Below, piece after piece: positions 1 to 10,287 of a DNA stretch of 64,000 bases. The stretch's first letter is position 1, and each line of letters starts with the position of its first letter. The notes beneath the pieces are model-generated. The model had not been told where the DNA came from. It worked only from the letters and a program-made list of their open reading frames with translations, and did not search any database. The position numbers were made by a program, and so were the translations under genes. Source of the DNA: Phoronis australis (taxonomy: Eukaryota; Animalia; Phoronida); the NCBI GenBank assembly GCA_002633005.1, contig NMRA01000512.1, positions 128,540 to 192,539 on the forward strand, written 5' to 3'.

Positions 1-3
1 AGT

Positions 4-106
4 GTTAGCTATGATGAAATTCTTGCCATAACTCATTCGCAGTTTCCAACTCGAGAGGTCCCTGCCTTGATGAGGGCATAATCCTTCCTTGGATGTCTGA
101 GCTAAC
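4..106 (+). ncRNA. SNORD14: box C/D snoRNA U14 (copy 1)
   Basis: Box C ATGATGA 11-17, box D CTGA 97-100, stem GTTAGC/GCTAAC. Domain A CATTCGCAGTTTC and domain B CCTTCCTTGGATGT are complementary to 18S GAAACTGCGAATG and ACATCCAAGGAAGG. Confidence 0.95.
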
Positions 107-900
107 TTATATTTTTATGCGCCCACATATTTATATGTGGACGCGTTATAAAATTTTGAAGTCTCCTCTGAATACATTTTACAGCTTTTAATGCCCTGGG
201 CACAATTAGGTAACTGGAAAATTGTGGTGAGGGGTAATCCTGAACAAGCAATTCAGCCTAGCGTGTCGGGATTAACATCCAATAAAATGGGACAGTGCAG
301 TTATTTTCCCCACCTGAATAAGCCAAAGTGGTCTTGAAAGTGGTTGCTCTTTATTCACAAAGGGAAGGGAACACCTGTGATGCGAGTGCTTCATGTCGTA
401 CGAGACTGGCATTCCCCCGCTAAGACATAAGCACTCTCTTGAAAGTGTTTCGTGTCGATATGGGATTGGGTGTGGGTGTTAAGGGGCTCGCAGGTGGACA
501 TGGGCATTAACCTGGACCGATGTAGTACCTGTGCCAGTAACGATTGCATTTTATTTGTTCAATTTTAATTATATCTGACTGCAGCACTTTGACAAACTAA
601 CATGTCAGGAACTCCTTCATATATCTACATCGTCCATGTTAACACTGGAATGTACATTCTTTCTTTTTTAGTCTTGTATCAGAATTTGGTGTTAATACTG
701 GAGATGAAGACGCAAAAGGTATGATTGTGAGCTCGCATAGGCGAGTAACAATGTCTTACTGATTTATATTGAAGTGAGTAATTTAAGTAGTTAAGTGTTG
801 GAGAATTGTGTGTTGGTATAAGGTTCTTGTATGGGTTGCTTAATCATCGCTGATGTTAGCTCAAAATGAGGCTGCGTACCCTAAGTAGGTCCAACCACTT

Positions 901-972
901 AGCCAATGATGAACGTTATCCCTGTCTGACGATATATTCTGGAGTCAAAGTGAATTCCTCGTTTCTGAGGTT
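901..972 (+). ncRNA. SNORD1: box C/D snoRNA, snR38/SNORD1-type D' guide plus snR57-like D guide
   Basis: C ATGATGA 906-912; D' guide GTTATCCCTGT-CTGA (28S ACAGGGATAAC); D guide GAATTCCTCGTTT-CTGA 965-968 (18S AACGAGGAATTC); stem AGCC/GGTT. Confidence 0.88.
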
Positions 973-1820
973 TGTGGTGGATGCAGGTGGGCGACGGGTT
1001 TCGCTTTGCTAAGTAATGAAAGCTCTGACGGAACCCAAGATTGTGTCGATTGACATTTAGCGTTGTGGAATGTGTTTACACTCGAGTGTCCTTGAGTATT
1101 ACAGAGGTATACAGCTATGACTTAGTTTTACTTTCCTTTTCTTTTAGACTCTGCTTGTGCAAATCATGCCAGCGATCTGCAGACTGAATTGGTATGTATT
1201 GTGTTGTTGGTGCATGCATTTTTGTTCTTCATCTTAAGAGCAACTTACAAACGAGAGGTTCTTGCATAATTTGGATCCAACTGAATGGATAAATTTTATC
1301 CTAGTGCAAGTCTGATCTGAAGGGTCAGCTTCTGGAGTTGAAATAGGTTCTGCGGAAGTTGTAAAGAAATAAGAGTGGTGTTATGCAAGTTTTAGTCTAG
1401 TCTTATTTCCTTACGGCCAACAGGGTAGTTTTTAGAGGTACTTTTAGTCATTAATGTTAGTGGTTTGCTTTCTTAGTTCATAATATCTGAACAATGTGGC
1501 TTTTGCACTTACGGTCTCTGTACTCGGTGCATTTTGAGTTAGAGAATATCGCCCAATCTGGTAATCACAGCCACATGGTTTAAATCAGACAAATGTAGCG
1601 GAAACTGTGAACTATGGAATGCACTTGCTCACATATCTAAACAACAATCCAGGGCTCTTACAATTTCTGAATGAAAATCACAAGTGTCCTGGTGTGAGTG
1701 CAGTCTCATAGTTGCAGCTTATCATAGTCAAATGAGTACGCATTATAATAGGATAATTGGCATGTCAGCTGACCTCGCCTAGTGCAGGACAAGGGTTAAG
1801 TAGCCTGTGTTTGTCCTTGG

Positions 1821-1907
1821 ATGCTTGTTATGATGATATTTTCCCCAACTGATCGATATATGCAGATCTTGTGCTATTACCAAGCCAGAACAAATCTGAA
1901 CAAGCAT
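1821..1907 (+). ncRNA. SNORD12: box C/D snoRNA SNORD12/snR190-like
   Basis: C ATGATGA 1830-1836, TTTTCCCCAA-CTGA-TCGA, ATG..GATCT, AAGCCAG...TCTGA 1896-1899, stem ATGCTTGT/ACAAGCAT; layout matches recalled human SNORD12B. Confidence 0.8.
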
Positions 1908-2195
1908 ATCATTTCCATATGAACCATGGTATGTTTCATAGGGCCTCTATTGTCTCTCTGACTTAACAAACTCTTGTGTTACAGGTCTTGTGATCTGCTG
2001 AAGTCACCAATCAGCTGTGGTAAGTGTTGTCAACTGTGGATCTGTGTTCACTCTCGTTATGTTGAGAGTTCATTCATGAGAAACCTGAGGTACCAACAAC
2101 TTGCTGCAATTTTTTTTTTATAATATTGTCTTTGGTACTTCCAGTTCTGTTCAACACGGGTAGTTCATAGTATCGTTGTTTCTTTGCTTTTATGT

Positions 2196-2268
2196 TGTGG
2201 CGATGAGGACACCAAACAAACATGACTGCAACCCATGATGTTTTAATTATACGCTATACTGAGCCACA
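2196..2268 (+). ncRNA. SNORD54: box C/D snoRNA U54 (18S Gm644-equivalent guide)
   Basis: TGGCGATGAGGA...TTATACGCTATACTGAGCCA, near-identical ends to recalled human U54; guide complementary to 18S ATAGCGTATA. Confidence 0.88.
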
Positions 2269-2672
2269 CATGCTAGCATAATGACCTCTACTTGTAATAT
2301 CTCAATCTTAGTTGTTATGTGATAGCTCTGTCATACATTGTGATTAAATTTTGCTATTGCTTGTTTTTTAGATCGTCTGTCCCAGAAGCGCAGTCATTCT
2401 TTACATTACTACACGATGATGCAACATTTGGTTCCAAGGTGTGTAGTTCATTCTCAGTTTGTCCATAGCCACATCTAGCAGAACTAGCAGTGAATTTAGA
2501 GATCTCGTGTCGTAACTTTTCATTTCCATGAGCCGATGCAGATTAGAGCTCTTTGATTTCTTTTGCAACTCTGTTCTCCACCATCACAAATTTTATGATG
2601 TGTAGTTAAAGGTAACCATAGTGTCCGCTGTGACTGGCTGAGCTTCGCCAGTTGATGTCTGGATAACGTGTG

Positions 2673-2751
2673 GGTTGAGATGATGACCAAGTACCGTGCA
2701 CCAATCTGATGTATTGTGTTGATAACGGTTTACCACCTGTCTGACTCAACC
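2673..2751 (+). ncRNA. box C/D snoRNA with U32/snR40-like 18S guide and a second 28S guide
   Basis: Stem GGTTGAG/CTCAACC, C ATGATGA 2680-2686; D' guide CCGTGCACCAAT-CTGA (18S TGGTGCATGG, one G-U); D guide GTTTACCACCTGT-CTGA 2741-2744 (28S GCGGGTGGTAAAC). Confidence 0.82.
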
Positions 2752-3321
2752 TCTTGTTTAGGAAAGTTGAAGTAGAAATCTTGTTGTACATTGAAGCAGA
2801 CCAGAATCAGTAACAGTTGATGTCTCTGTGTTTCAGATGGAGTTGTTTATTCTTTAGCCAAGTGTGTTGTAATCACAGTCACTGTTGTTGTAAGTATTTT
2901 TTGTGTCTAGATTGTTTCGTTAGCTTGCACTTCACCAACTGCTATGCCAGAATAAGTCTTTTACCACTGTTGAGCATGCCCGCAGAACTTCTGAGAATAG
3001 CTGATAGGACCTATGATTTGGAACTTGGCAATGGTAACTTTGATTTAGTGTTCCAATATGACGTGTCTTAGTCAGCTCCAGCAGGTTTGATAGGCTTCAC
3101 ATGACAGATCAAATCTGAGTTGCCATTATGGCAAAGTGGTCAAACAAGAGGCAACTGTATTGTAGAACTTGTCAGCAAAAATGCTGCTAGGAAAGCACAC
3201 TACATTGCGTTTACTTCTATGAAAAACTAAGGTAACTTGCGTGCCTGTCGGCTCGTCGTGTGATTTCAGTGTACAGTTGATGTTCTTTTCAATATGGGGG
3301 ACTGAAGTGGCGGTGTAGAGT

Positions 3322-3393
3322 GTATTATGATGAGAAAAATTTATCATTCGCAGTTTCATACTGAACACTATGATGAATTAAAGCTCTGAAGTT
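3322..3393 (+). ncRNA. box C/D snoRNA with D' guide against the 5' 18S segment bound by U14 domain A
   Basis: C ATGATGA 3327-3333, guide TCATTCGCAGTTTCATA, D' CTGA 3361-3364, C' ATGATGA 3370-3376, D CTGA 3386-3389; 71 nt upstream of acceptor 3460. Confidence 0.75.
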
Positions 3394-3641
3394 GTGTTGT
3401 GACCGTATTGACTATAATTGATGCCGTGTTCACTGTTCTTATATTTGGACTTCTTTGCAGGAGCAAGCAATCACATTTTTGCCAGAAGTAAATGTTAAGG
3501 TAGGTTGGTGTATTCTTATTTTGTGCAAAGTGTGGGTTGATTTTAAGTTAGTTGGGAATTATTAAAGTATTTGCTATAACCTTCAAAGCAACTTTCTCTA
3601 GTGTCATTAACGCTCTGTGTTTGGTAGCCTGATTGAAGGCA

Positions 3642-3748
3642 GTGTTGGCAGTGATGAAATTTTTGCCATAACTCATTCGCAGTTTCCAACTCGAGAGGTC
3701 CCTACCTTGATGAGGGCACAAACCTTCCTTGGATGTCTGAGTCAACAC
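3642..3748 (+). ncRNA. SNORD14: box C/D snoRNA U14 (copy 2)
   Basis: C GTGATGA 3651-3657, domains A and B intact, D CTGA 3737-3740, stem GTGTTGGC/GTCAACAC. Confidence 0.95.
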
Positions 3749-3996
3749 GTGCTTCATACTATAACTGAACAATCAGGTTGGACGTGATAGATTATAAGTG
3801 TAACTGAATTGTTTGACTTTTTCAGACAACATCGAGAGCAAAGTCATTTCTTGTAAGTATTTGTTCGTTTCCCAAGTAGAGCTCATGTCATTGATTGTAT
3901 GGTCGGTGTCTTGAAGGAATATATTAACATCCATGAATGCAGTGTTGCCATTGTATTTTATGGTTAACAAGTAGTACGTTTGCCTAGTCTTCAGTT

Positions 3997-4074
3997 CAGT
4001 GTTGTGATGAGCGCAATATTTGCTATCTGAGTCGTGATGGAAAAAAATCTACCACCTAGATCTCTGATTCACTG
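3997..4074 (+). ncRNA. SNORD24: box C/D snoRNA U24
   Basis: C GTGATGA 4004-4010; AATATTTGCTAT-CTGA and CCACCTAGATCT-CTGA (4064-4067) match the two U24 guides. Confidence 0.9.
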
Positions 4075-4420
4075 GACTTGAAACTTACCTGCAAGAAATC
4101 GGGCATTAGTTTAAACTTGAGTGTTAAAGATGAGCTTTGCTTTCAGCTGAAGTGTTCAAGGGGCTTATTTGACTTCCACGAAGAAAGTTCTGGCCACAAA
4201 GTCCAGGTGAGTAGTGCTTGGAGTAAACCTACTCAAAATTTATTACTTGGATCTATGTTTATTGTGTTCCAGGCTGAGAGGCCTCATGATCATGGATGTC
4301 CCAAATAATAGGTTTCAAAGCATTAATGACCATTGAGTGTTCTTCATAACCCATGAGTACCATTTGGTGAAGGGTGCCCCCATGCCTTCTGATGAAGATT
4401 TTACAGTATAGGGGGCTCTG

Positions 4421-4499
4421 CTTGTGCTGTGATGTCATGAATTTCTTCACCTGAACCACTCTTGTGGTGTGTTAGATAATACCTTATACTGAGCACGGG
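4421..4499 (+). ncRNA. SNORD36: box C/D snoRNA U36 (U36C-type, 28S guide only)
   Basis: C GTGATGT 4429-4435; D' guide GAATTTCTTCAC-CTGA; D CTGA 4489-4492 with diverged guide; stem CTTGTGC/GCACGGG. Confidence 0.85.
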
Positions 4500-5163
4500 G
4501 TTGCGGTTTTATACAGAGCACATCAATTCAACAGGCTGTATATTCAATAGTTCGTACTTTGATTTTGTAGGTGACGAGGTTTTGCCTCCGGATAGCTGTT
4601 AGTGTTCTTGGGAGCAAAGGTATGTTCTATATTGATAGTTAAGTTCGAACCTCTAATTCATGTTTCACAATTAGTGTTAAACATTTGGGGACCCTGGTTT
4701 TCCATTTCCAAAAACAAAAATTCCCAGGCAGAACAAACCGAATTATTTTCCATTTTGTAAATCCACCATTCCATTATAGTATTTCAAAATTATAAAAAAA
4801 GAAGATAATCTAGGAATTACCTTTTTTCTGCTGTTATGATGCAGTGTTTCACGGATAACTTACTGCAGGATTGGTTTGTTTTCTAAATTATAGTAAAAAA
4901 ACAGCATCGCCTTAACGAATGAACAGCAACTTAATGGTTGTCCGGTCTGTTTTTGCTTGTGTATTCAGACTTCTATTTGCTAACTTCCTGTGGTATTTTG
5001 AGTGTGTGCTTAGATGTGTGGCAGCCAAAAAATCTTGAGTTCGCCCAATACTCTCCCGTTCTTTGTATTCTCTCCGTTTTCTGTCGTTACGGAAAACTGA
5101 GATCTCTAGACTACAGTCTGGCGTCTTTGTGAATCAATTTTAACAGTGTTACTGTTAGTATTT

Positions 5164-5240
5164 GGCACAGTGATGATGATTTCATAGTTCAACTGAAAAT
5201 TCATGCTGCATAAATTTTCGCCCCTATCTGATACTGTGCC
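5164..5240 (+). ncRNA. SNORD80: box C/D snoRNA U80/snR60
   Basis: CATAGTTCAA-CTGA and TTTCGCCCCTAT-CTGA (5228-5231) are the two U80/snR60 28S guides; stem GGCACAGT/ACTGTGCC. Confidence 0.9.
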
Positions 5241-5994
5241 GGGTTTTTGGTATTGTTAAAGACCCTATTAAATGTTTTTCTTAGGTATCATTCTTGCATG
5301 CCTTTGTCTATTTCAGGTGGAGCCTAGCAGCAGGTTGATTCTTAGGAACAGCAAGTTAGTAAATTTTGGAACCAAGGTTGCGATTCGTGATTAAACTTGA
5401 TAAAAAAATTATTTGACTGATAAGTTTGCGAAAATACTTGTAGAGCTTACTGCAAATTAATGTTCCCAGTTGTGTTGTTGATGTTGTACTTAGTGGATGT
5501 TTAGATCTGTGTTAGCCATAGCCATTGATTTCTTCAATAGCATGAATGATTTAGGATGTAGTATAACTATTTCTGTGCTCGCTTCTGATTATAACTATGC
5601 TGTTCACATACTGAATGAAATGTGGATAACTCGTTTGTATGAGGCTGCACATTGCATTTGTCCTGTAGTGGGCTGTGTTGTATCTTTATTGCTGATGAAG
5701 TCGTCCTGTGAATATTCACGGTTGTTGGTTACAGGTGGTAATTCTTGGAAACGTCTGATGTCTTAACCTGCGTGTACGTGTTGTGTAGAGGATGGTTTAT
5801 ACACCGTACTGCTCAAAGAGGGCGCTTTGGTAAGCAATGGGAGTTTTACTTTTTACGAATACTCTCCATGGAAGTTACTTAGGATAGCCCCAGTATTCAC
5901 TGATAATTCATTGAGTTTAAATCTAGTCTCAAAANTAGCCTGCATTTGATTAGGTATTGCTGTGTTGTGAGATTATGGAAATTTGCATTTTGTA

Positions 5995-6068
5995 GTGACA
6001 TGTGATGTATACTTGGTGACTGACACTGATGATTATCTTTCACCATTCTAAGGAACCTCTGATGTCAC
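5995..6068 (+). ncRNA. SNORD42: box C/D snoRNA U42-like (18S Um116-equivalent guide)
   Basis: Stem GTGACA/TGTCAC, C GTGATGT, D' CTGA, C' CTGATGA, D guide TCTAAGGAACCT-CTGA complementary to invertebrate-type 18S GGTTCCTTAGA. Confidence 0.8.
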
Positions 6069-6490
6069 GAGGAAATACTACTACCAAGATGCTGTTGACT
6101 TGGACATTGTTAACCCATTATGTCTTTTGCAGGTGAAACAGTGCCCCAATTACGGAGGTAACTTCTAATAGCCCAGTGGCCATGGTTGATAGTCTAGTGG
6201 TGAGTAAATACTTATAGTAGCATGATTAACGGGTTTTATCTTGAAGCTCTTTGGCTAGTGGAAAGGGTGTGCCTTGTTTTCATCTTTCAATCTCCGATCT
6301 CATTATTGAAGTGTACTGTTGTGTCACTAAAACTGGATTGGCTAGCACAGTAGCTACATGCTCACTTGCAGTGAAAACGAGATAATTACATTTCATGTGA
6401 GAGTTATATTAGATTCCTTTAGAGTATGGCTCTATCCTCGTGTGATGCAGTTTCTGTGTTAACTTTGCGTGCTGATATTCCCTTGTTAAC

Positions 6491-6579
6491 AATATCACGT
6501 TGCCCAAGGTCACGTTGCCCAATGTCACGTTGCCCAATGTCACGTTGCCCAATATCACGTTACCCAATATCACATTACC
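6491..6579. repeat. 15-bp minisatellite (AATGTCACGTTGCCC) x~6
   Basis: Directly visible tandem units. Confidence 0.9.
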
Positions 6580-6904
6580 ATTTCATGTTCATGGTTTACC
6601 TTACCATTTGTGGGGCTCTGCTTTCCATCAAAATGTACAACCTCTCCATCAGTCTGAGCTTCGAATGGGGTGATAAAGCCTCGCTCTTCATGCTGTCTCG
6701 ATTTAAAACTAAGGAGGTGTGAACTGAAACCATGTTGAGGTTAAGGAATTAGGGTTTAAAGCCACATGTCATCTCCTTAGTTTTTGTTTGTTTGTTTTGT
6801 TTTGTTTTTTTTTTTTNAAATACTGACCTTAAATTAGTGAGTTGCTGGTCTTGTTTTTTTTTGTTTTTTTTTAATGACCTAACTATCCAAGTTATAAGTT
6901 TGTA

Positions 6905-6984
6905 AGTGATGTCATGATGAACTCTGATAGGGACAAATGATTGTTCACTGATTATATCAAACAACTGCTGTTCTGAGCATCACT
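6905..6984 (+). ncRNA. SNORD74: box C/D snoRNA U74/snR64-like (copy a)
   Basis: C ATGATGA 6914-6920; D' guide GATAGGGACAA-ATGA (28S TGTCCCTATC); D guide CAACTGCTGTT-CTGA 6973-6976 (28S AACAGCAGTTG); stem AGTGATG/CATCACT. Confidence 0.82.
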
Positions 6985-7374
6985 GAGCACAAGGGCTACT
7001 TTTTGTTGAGCAAGGTTCTTGCATGGAAGGTGACGTTATGGTACTCTTTACAAAATGTCACTATTCATGTCCTGTCAAGCACATGGTTGCGTAGTGTCAC
7101 GAGTCTTGTATTAATTGCATACACCCCTGATCCATGCTGAAATGAAAACTGTGTATGATCCAGTCTGTTGGTAGAGCTAGGTTTGCTGTGTTGGTAAATT
7201 TTCCCTGTGATCTTGTTTCAGTGAGCTGTGGGTTTACTTGTGGAAAGCCAACAGAAACTGATAGACGCTTACTGGTAAGTCCATTTTGCTTCTTAATTAT
7301 TAGAAGGTTTGTGTGACCACTGGTTTGTCTGGTTAATGTGATGCCTCTTGTTAGACATTGTATCCGTATGTATC

Positions 7375-7450
7375 CAGTGTCATGATGAACACAGATAGGG
7401 ACAAATGAATGTCCAGTGATTATACTAAACAACTGCTGTTCTGAACATTG
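7375..7450 (+). ncRNA. SNORD74: box C/D snoRNA U74/snR64-like (copy b)
   Basis: Paralog of 6905-6984: same boxes and both guides conserved, spacers diverged; stem CAGTGT/ACATTG. Confidence 0.82.
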
Positions 7451-7886
7451 ATAAAATGTATCAATATTAACTGTTTCTCTGAAGCCCTTAGTGTCGCTTG
7501 GGAAAATAACTTTTTAAATGACCCATTTAAAACCATCATGTTTCGTAGTCATGTTCATTATTTGTTGGAACCAAAACAACTTGAATACTAGCGTGTGGTG
7601 CATAGATGCGAGAAGCCCACAAAAATTGAATCCTGTATTACAAGCAAAGCAGATGCTTGCACACTCTTCGTTCACTAGATTGTTGCGTCTACATGATTTA
7701 ACCTTCTTGTTTTAGCCTGGATTTCGAGCTATTCATAATGTGCAAGGTTGACCGTGCGAGCCTCTTTTTGGGTGAGTTCTCTATTTCTCTAAGTCCTACA
7801 TACTCGAGAGTACAAGCTGTGGTGTTTGTATTCTCTGCTGCCTGTGTTGTAATTGTGTTATGTGGACTTAAGCAGTGACATCTGCA

Positions 7887-7959
7887 GGCAAGTATGATGA
7901 AATTGTGAGCATTGGGCTATGATATAAACTGATTCTAGCTGCCACACTGATAACTTGCC
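7887..7959 (+). ncRNA. SNORD88: box C/D snoRNA SNORD88/snR76-like
   Basis: Stem GGCAAGT/ACTTGCC, C ATGATGA 7894-7900; D' guide GAGCATTGGGCT-ATGA (28S GCCCAGTGCTC); D guide GCTGCCACA-CTGA 7947-7950 (28S TGTGGCAGC). Confidence 0.8.
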
Positions 7960-10287
7960 GCTCTTATGTTAATGTTTTTGTAGTCTCCCATGCTGAGTTA
8001 CGTATGCCTAATGCACATAGTGCATCTTGCAAGACTGCTTCAGCAAGCTACTAGATTTTGTAACAGAAAGTTCAAGATCGGATATAAGTGTTGACATACA
8101 ACCATTTATTAAAAAATACTGAGGTTTCAAGATTTCCGACTGGCTTATCCATGGGAGTTCCCTTTAGTCAAAAGTCACTTGACCGCTGCACAAGGATCTG
8201 GCAATTTACATTACGCATCGCTATTTTTTGTTTCAGGGTGAGGCAAGCCTGGGTATGCAGTATTTGGACAGGAACAATGGATATTCAAGTTATAACCTGC
8301 GGGCACTTCGAGTGAAATTACTTATATTTATGTATCCGTGCAAATGGAATAAAGCATTTCCTTGTGGGTATTTAATTTGTGTTTTGAAATTAGACAGGGC
8401 TTGGAGTTTTCCTCTTTTAATTGCATTTCCCCTATTTCGGTTTTGATCTCTCTTAATATTTTATTTGATTTCTTATTTCCTCTTTTGTTTCTTTGATTAT
8501 TATTTTGACTTAATTTCATGGAAAACTGTTTTATTTCACTGACAATAAGCATTTCTGAAAGCTCCTCTAGAAAACGAAACGTCAGCTAGAAAATTTCTTC
8601 TGTTTTGTCATTGGTAATTCCAAGCCATAAAGAATTCACTTCTGAAACGAATCCTGGCAATTTAAGTTGCATTTCCTTTTATTTCTTCATAGCTTCAGGA
8701 CTTGATTTCAGAAAACTGGTGAAATGACCCATTTTTCAATGTGCAACGTAGGCCACCTATTGTTCTTTTTGAGTGTGCTTTGCATTCCATATCTTCCAAG
8801 TTACTCGATGGAATTAAGGATGTGTACTGTATACAAATAATGTGCATTCAGTAGCGCTAGGAACTAGCCAAAATCTAGCCAGTTGCGTGTTCTTCAAAAT
8901 ACACGACAGTATCTCATAGTCTTGCGTATTAGCAAGGTCCTAGCGTTACTGAGTGAAAGGCTGGTCTAGTGGCAATTTTTGTGATTTTTCTCTGTACCTG
9001 ACTAGCAAAAGCTCGTCTTGATACAGCTATCTGGCTGGATCGTCTTCGCCAAATTTAAATTTCCTTCTCTGAACTAATAATTGTGAGGCATACCAGCCAC
9101 ACAGAAACCTGTCATGTGGCCCTTTTTTGAAGATAAGCTAGCCAGATTTTCTTTTGTTTTTAACATTTTCAATTGTATTTTGGGAATGAATGCACATCAG
9201 CTGGCTAAAACCCATGCACCACCGTAAATAGCTTTCACAACTATAACACAAAATTTTTTTTTTTTAAATTTTATTACGAACTGCAGAAGTTTGCCATTGT
9301 CTACGACAATTCTACAATCTGCCATCTTAATTGGTAGCATCGACCTCTACCAGCTGAACGCTGAGACTGGGAGTTGCATATTCTGCATGAACTAGAAATA
9401 AACTTCTGGCCCATATTAAATATTACAAACTATGGAGTCCATAGAAGACGTTCATTTTTAGGACTTCTTTTTGCTAAATACCTCCCCTAATAGCACAAAG
9501 TTGCAAATGGGAACCTCAAGAATTTCCTTACTAGCATAAAATAATTCACTTTTCAGTTAATTTTAATTTTCATGAGTTCAACTCATCAATAGTGTCCTTG
9601 TTCTCTATTTGCTGAACATCGAGTGTGAAAAACATATAGCGAGTGGTTAGTTACAACACACTACAGTACATGGACCGCCAACTCCGTAAATTTTAAACAT
9701 GTAAGCCGTGACCTCATTCACCAGCGACCCTGGCAAAATTAGCAAGTTTTACTTCCAGCAATTTTGTCGTCTGCTAATCATGGTTGGCTGTTGTGTGGTC
9801 AGGTCTCAGAAGTACTCTAGCTACCAACAGTTCTATTATTGGAAGACTTTGAACAGCATTTCAATGCCAAAATTACTTTATTTCCATTGTACTAAACAGC
9901 AAAAACAGATGCGACAATTCCCTAGTCTCAATACACTAACTGCAAACTGAAATTGGTAATTTAGGAGAGTGGCGCCTCCTTTAGGATAGTACGCAAGAAA
10001 ATTTCCGAGTTGCGAATGTGTGGTCTATAATGCATGACTACAGTACTGCTGCACTCCCTGAAGCATCCTTTTTAAAACTTGTCCCACCATATTTTTGAGT
10101 GAACAGTTTTTTGCAGTCACTTTCAAAATTGGTTGCAACAAGCCCTAAACAGTACAGAAACCTGAAAATGTTCAATTAAGCCAGGACAGTGATAAGAGCA
10201 ATATGCACCCAAATATCTGTGTGGGCGCATAAAAACACCGAGGAAAACCAACATGTCGTGTGTAACAATATTTATTTTTACAAGAGT

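Larger units (their letters stand above)
1..8370 (+). ncRNA. spliced non-coding polycistronic snoRNA host gene (GAS5/UHG/SNHG-like), 5' end outside window
   Basis: Short AG/GT-bounded exons with no recognisable ORF: 185-209, 672-718, 1148-1191, 1985-2019, 2372-2438, 2837-2889, 3461-3499, 3826-3852, 4147-4206, 4571-4619, 5317-?, 6133-?, 7222-7274, 7716-7771; terminal exon from 8237 with AATAAA at 8348-8353. Nearly every intron holds a C/D snoRNA, mostly with box D ~70-110 nt upstream of the next acceptor. Confidence 0.85.

Noticed and set aside
225-503. Telomerase RNA or U17/snR30 identity
   Set aside because: No CTAACCCT template, and no AUAUUCCUA/AAACCAU m1/m2 motifs.
3027-3128. TGGCAA..CTGAGTTGCCA hairpin as a C/D snoRNA
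   Set aside because: No acceptable box C and no recognisable guide.
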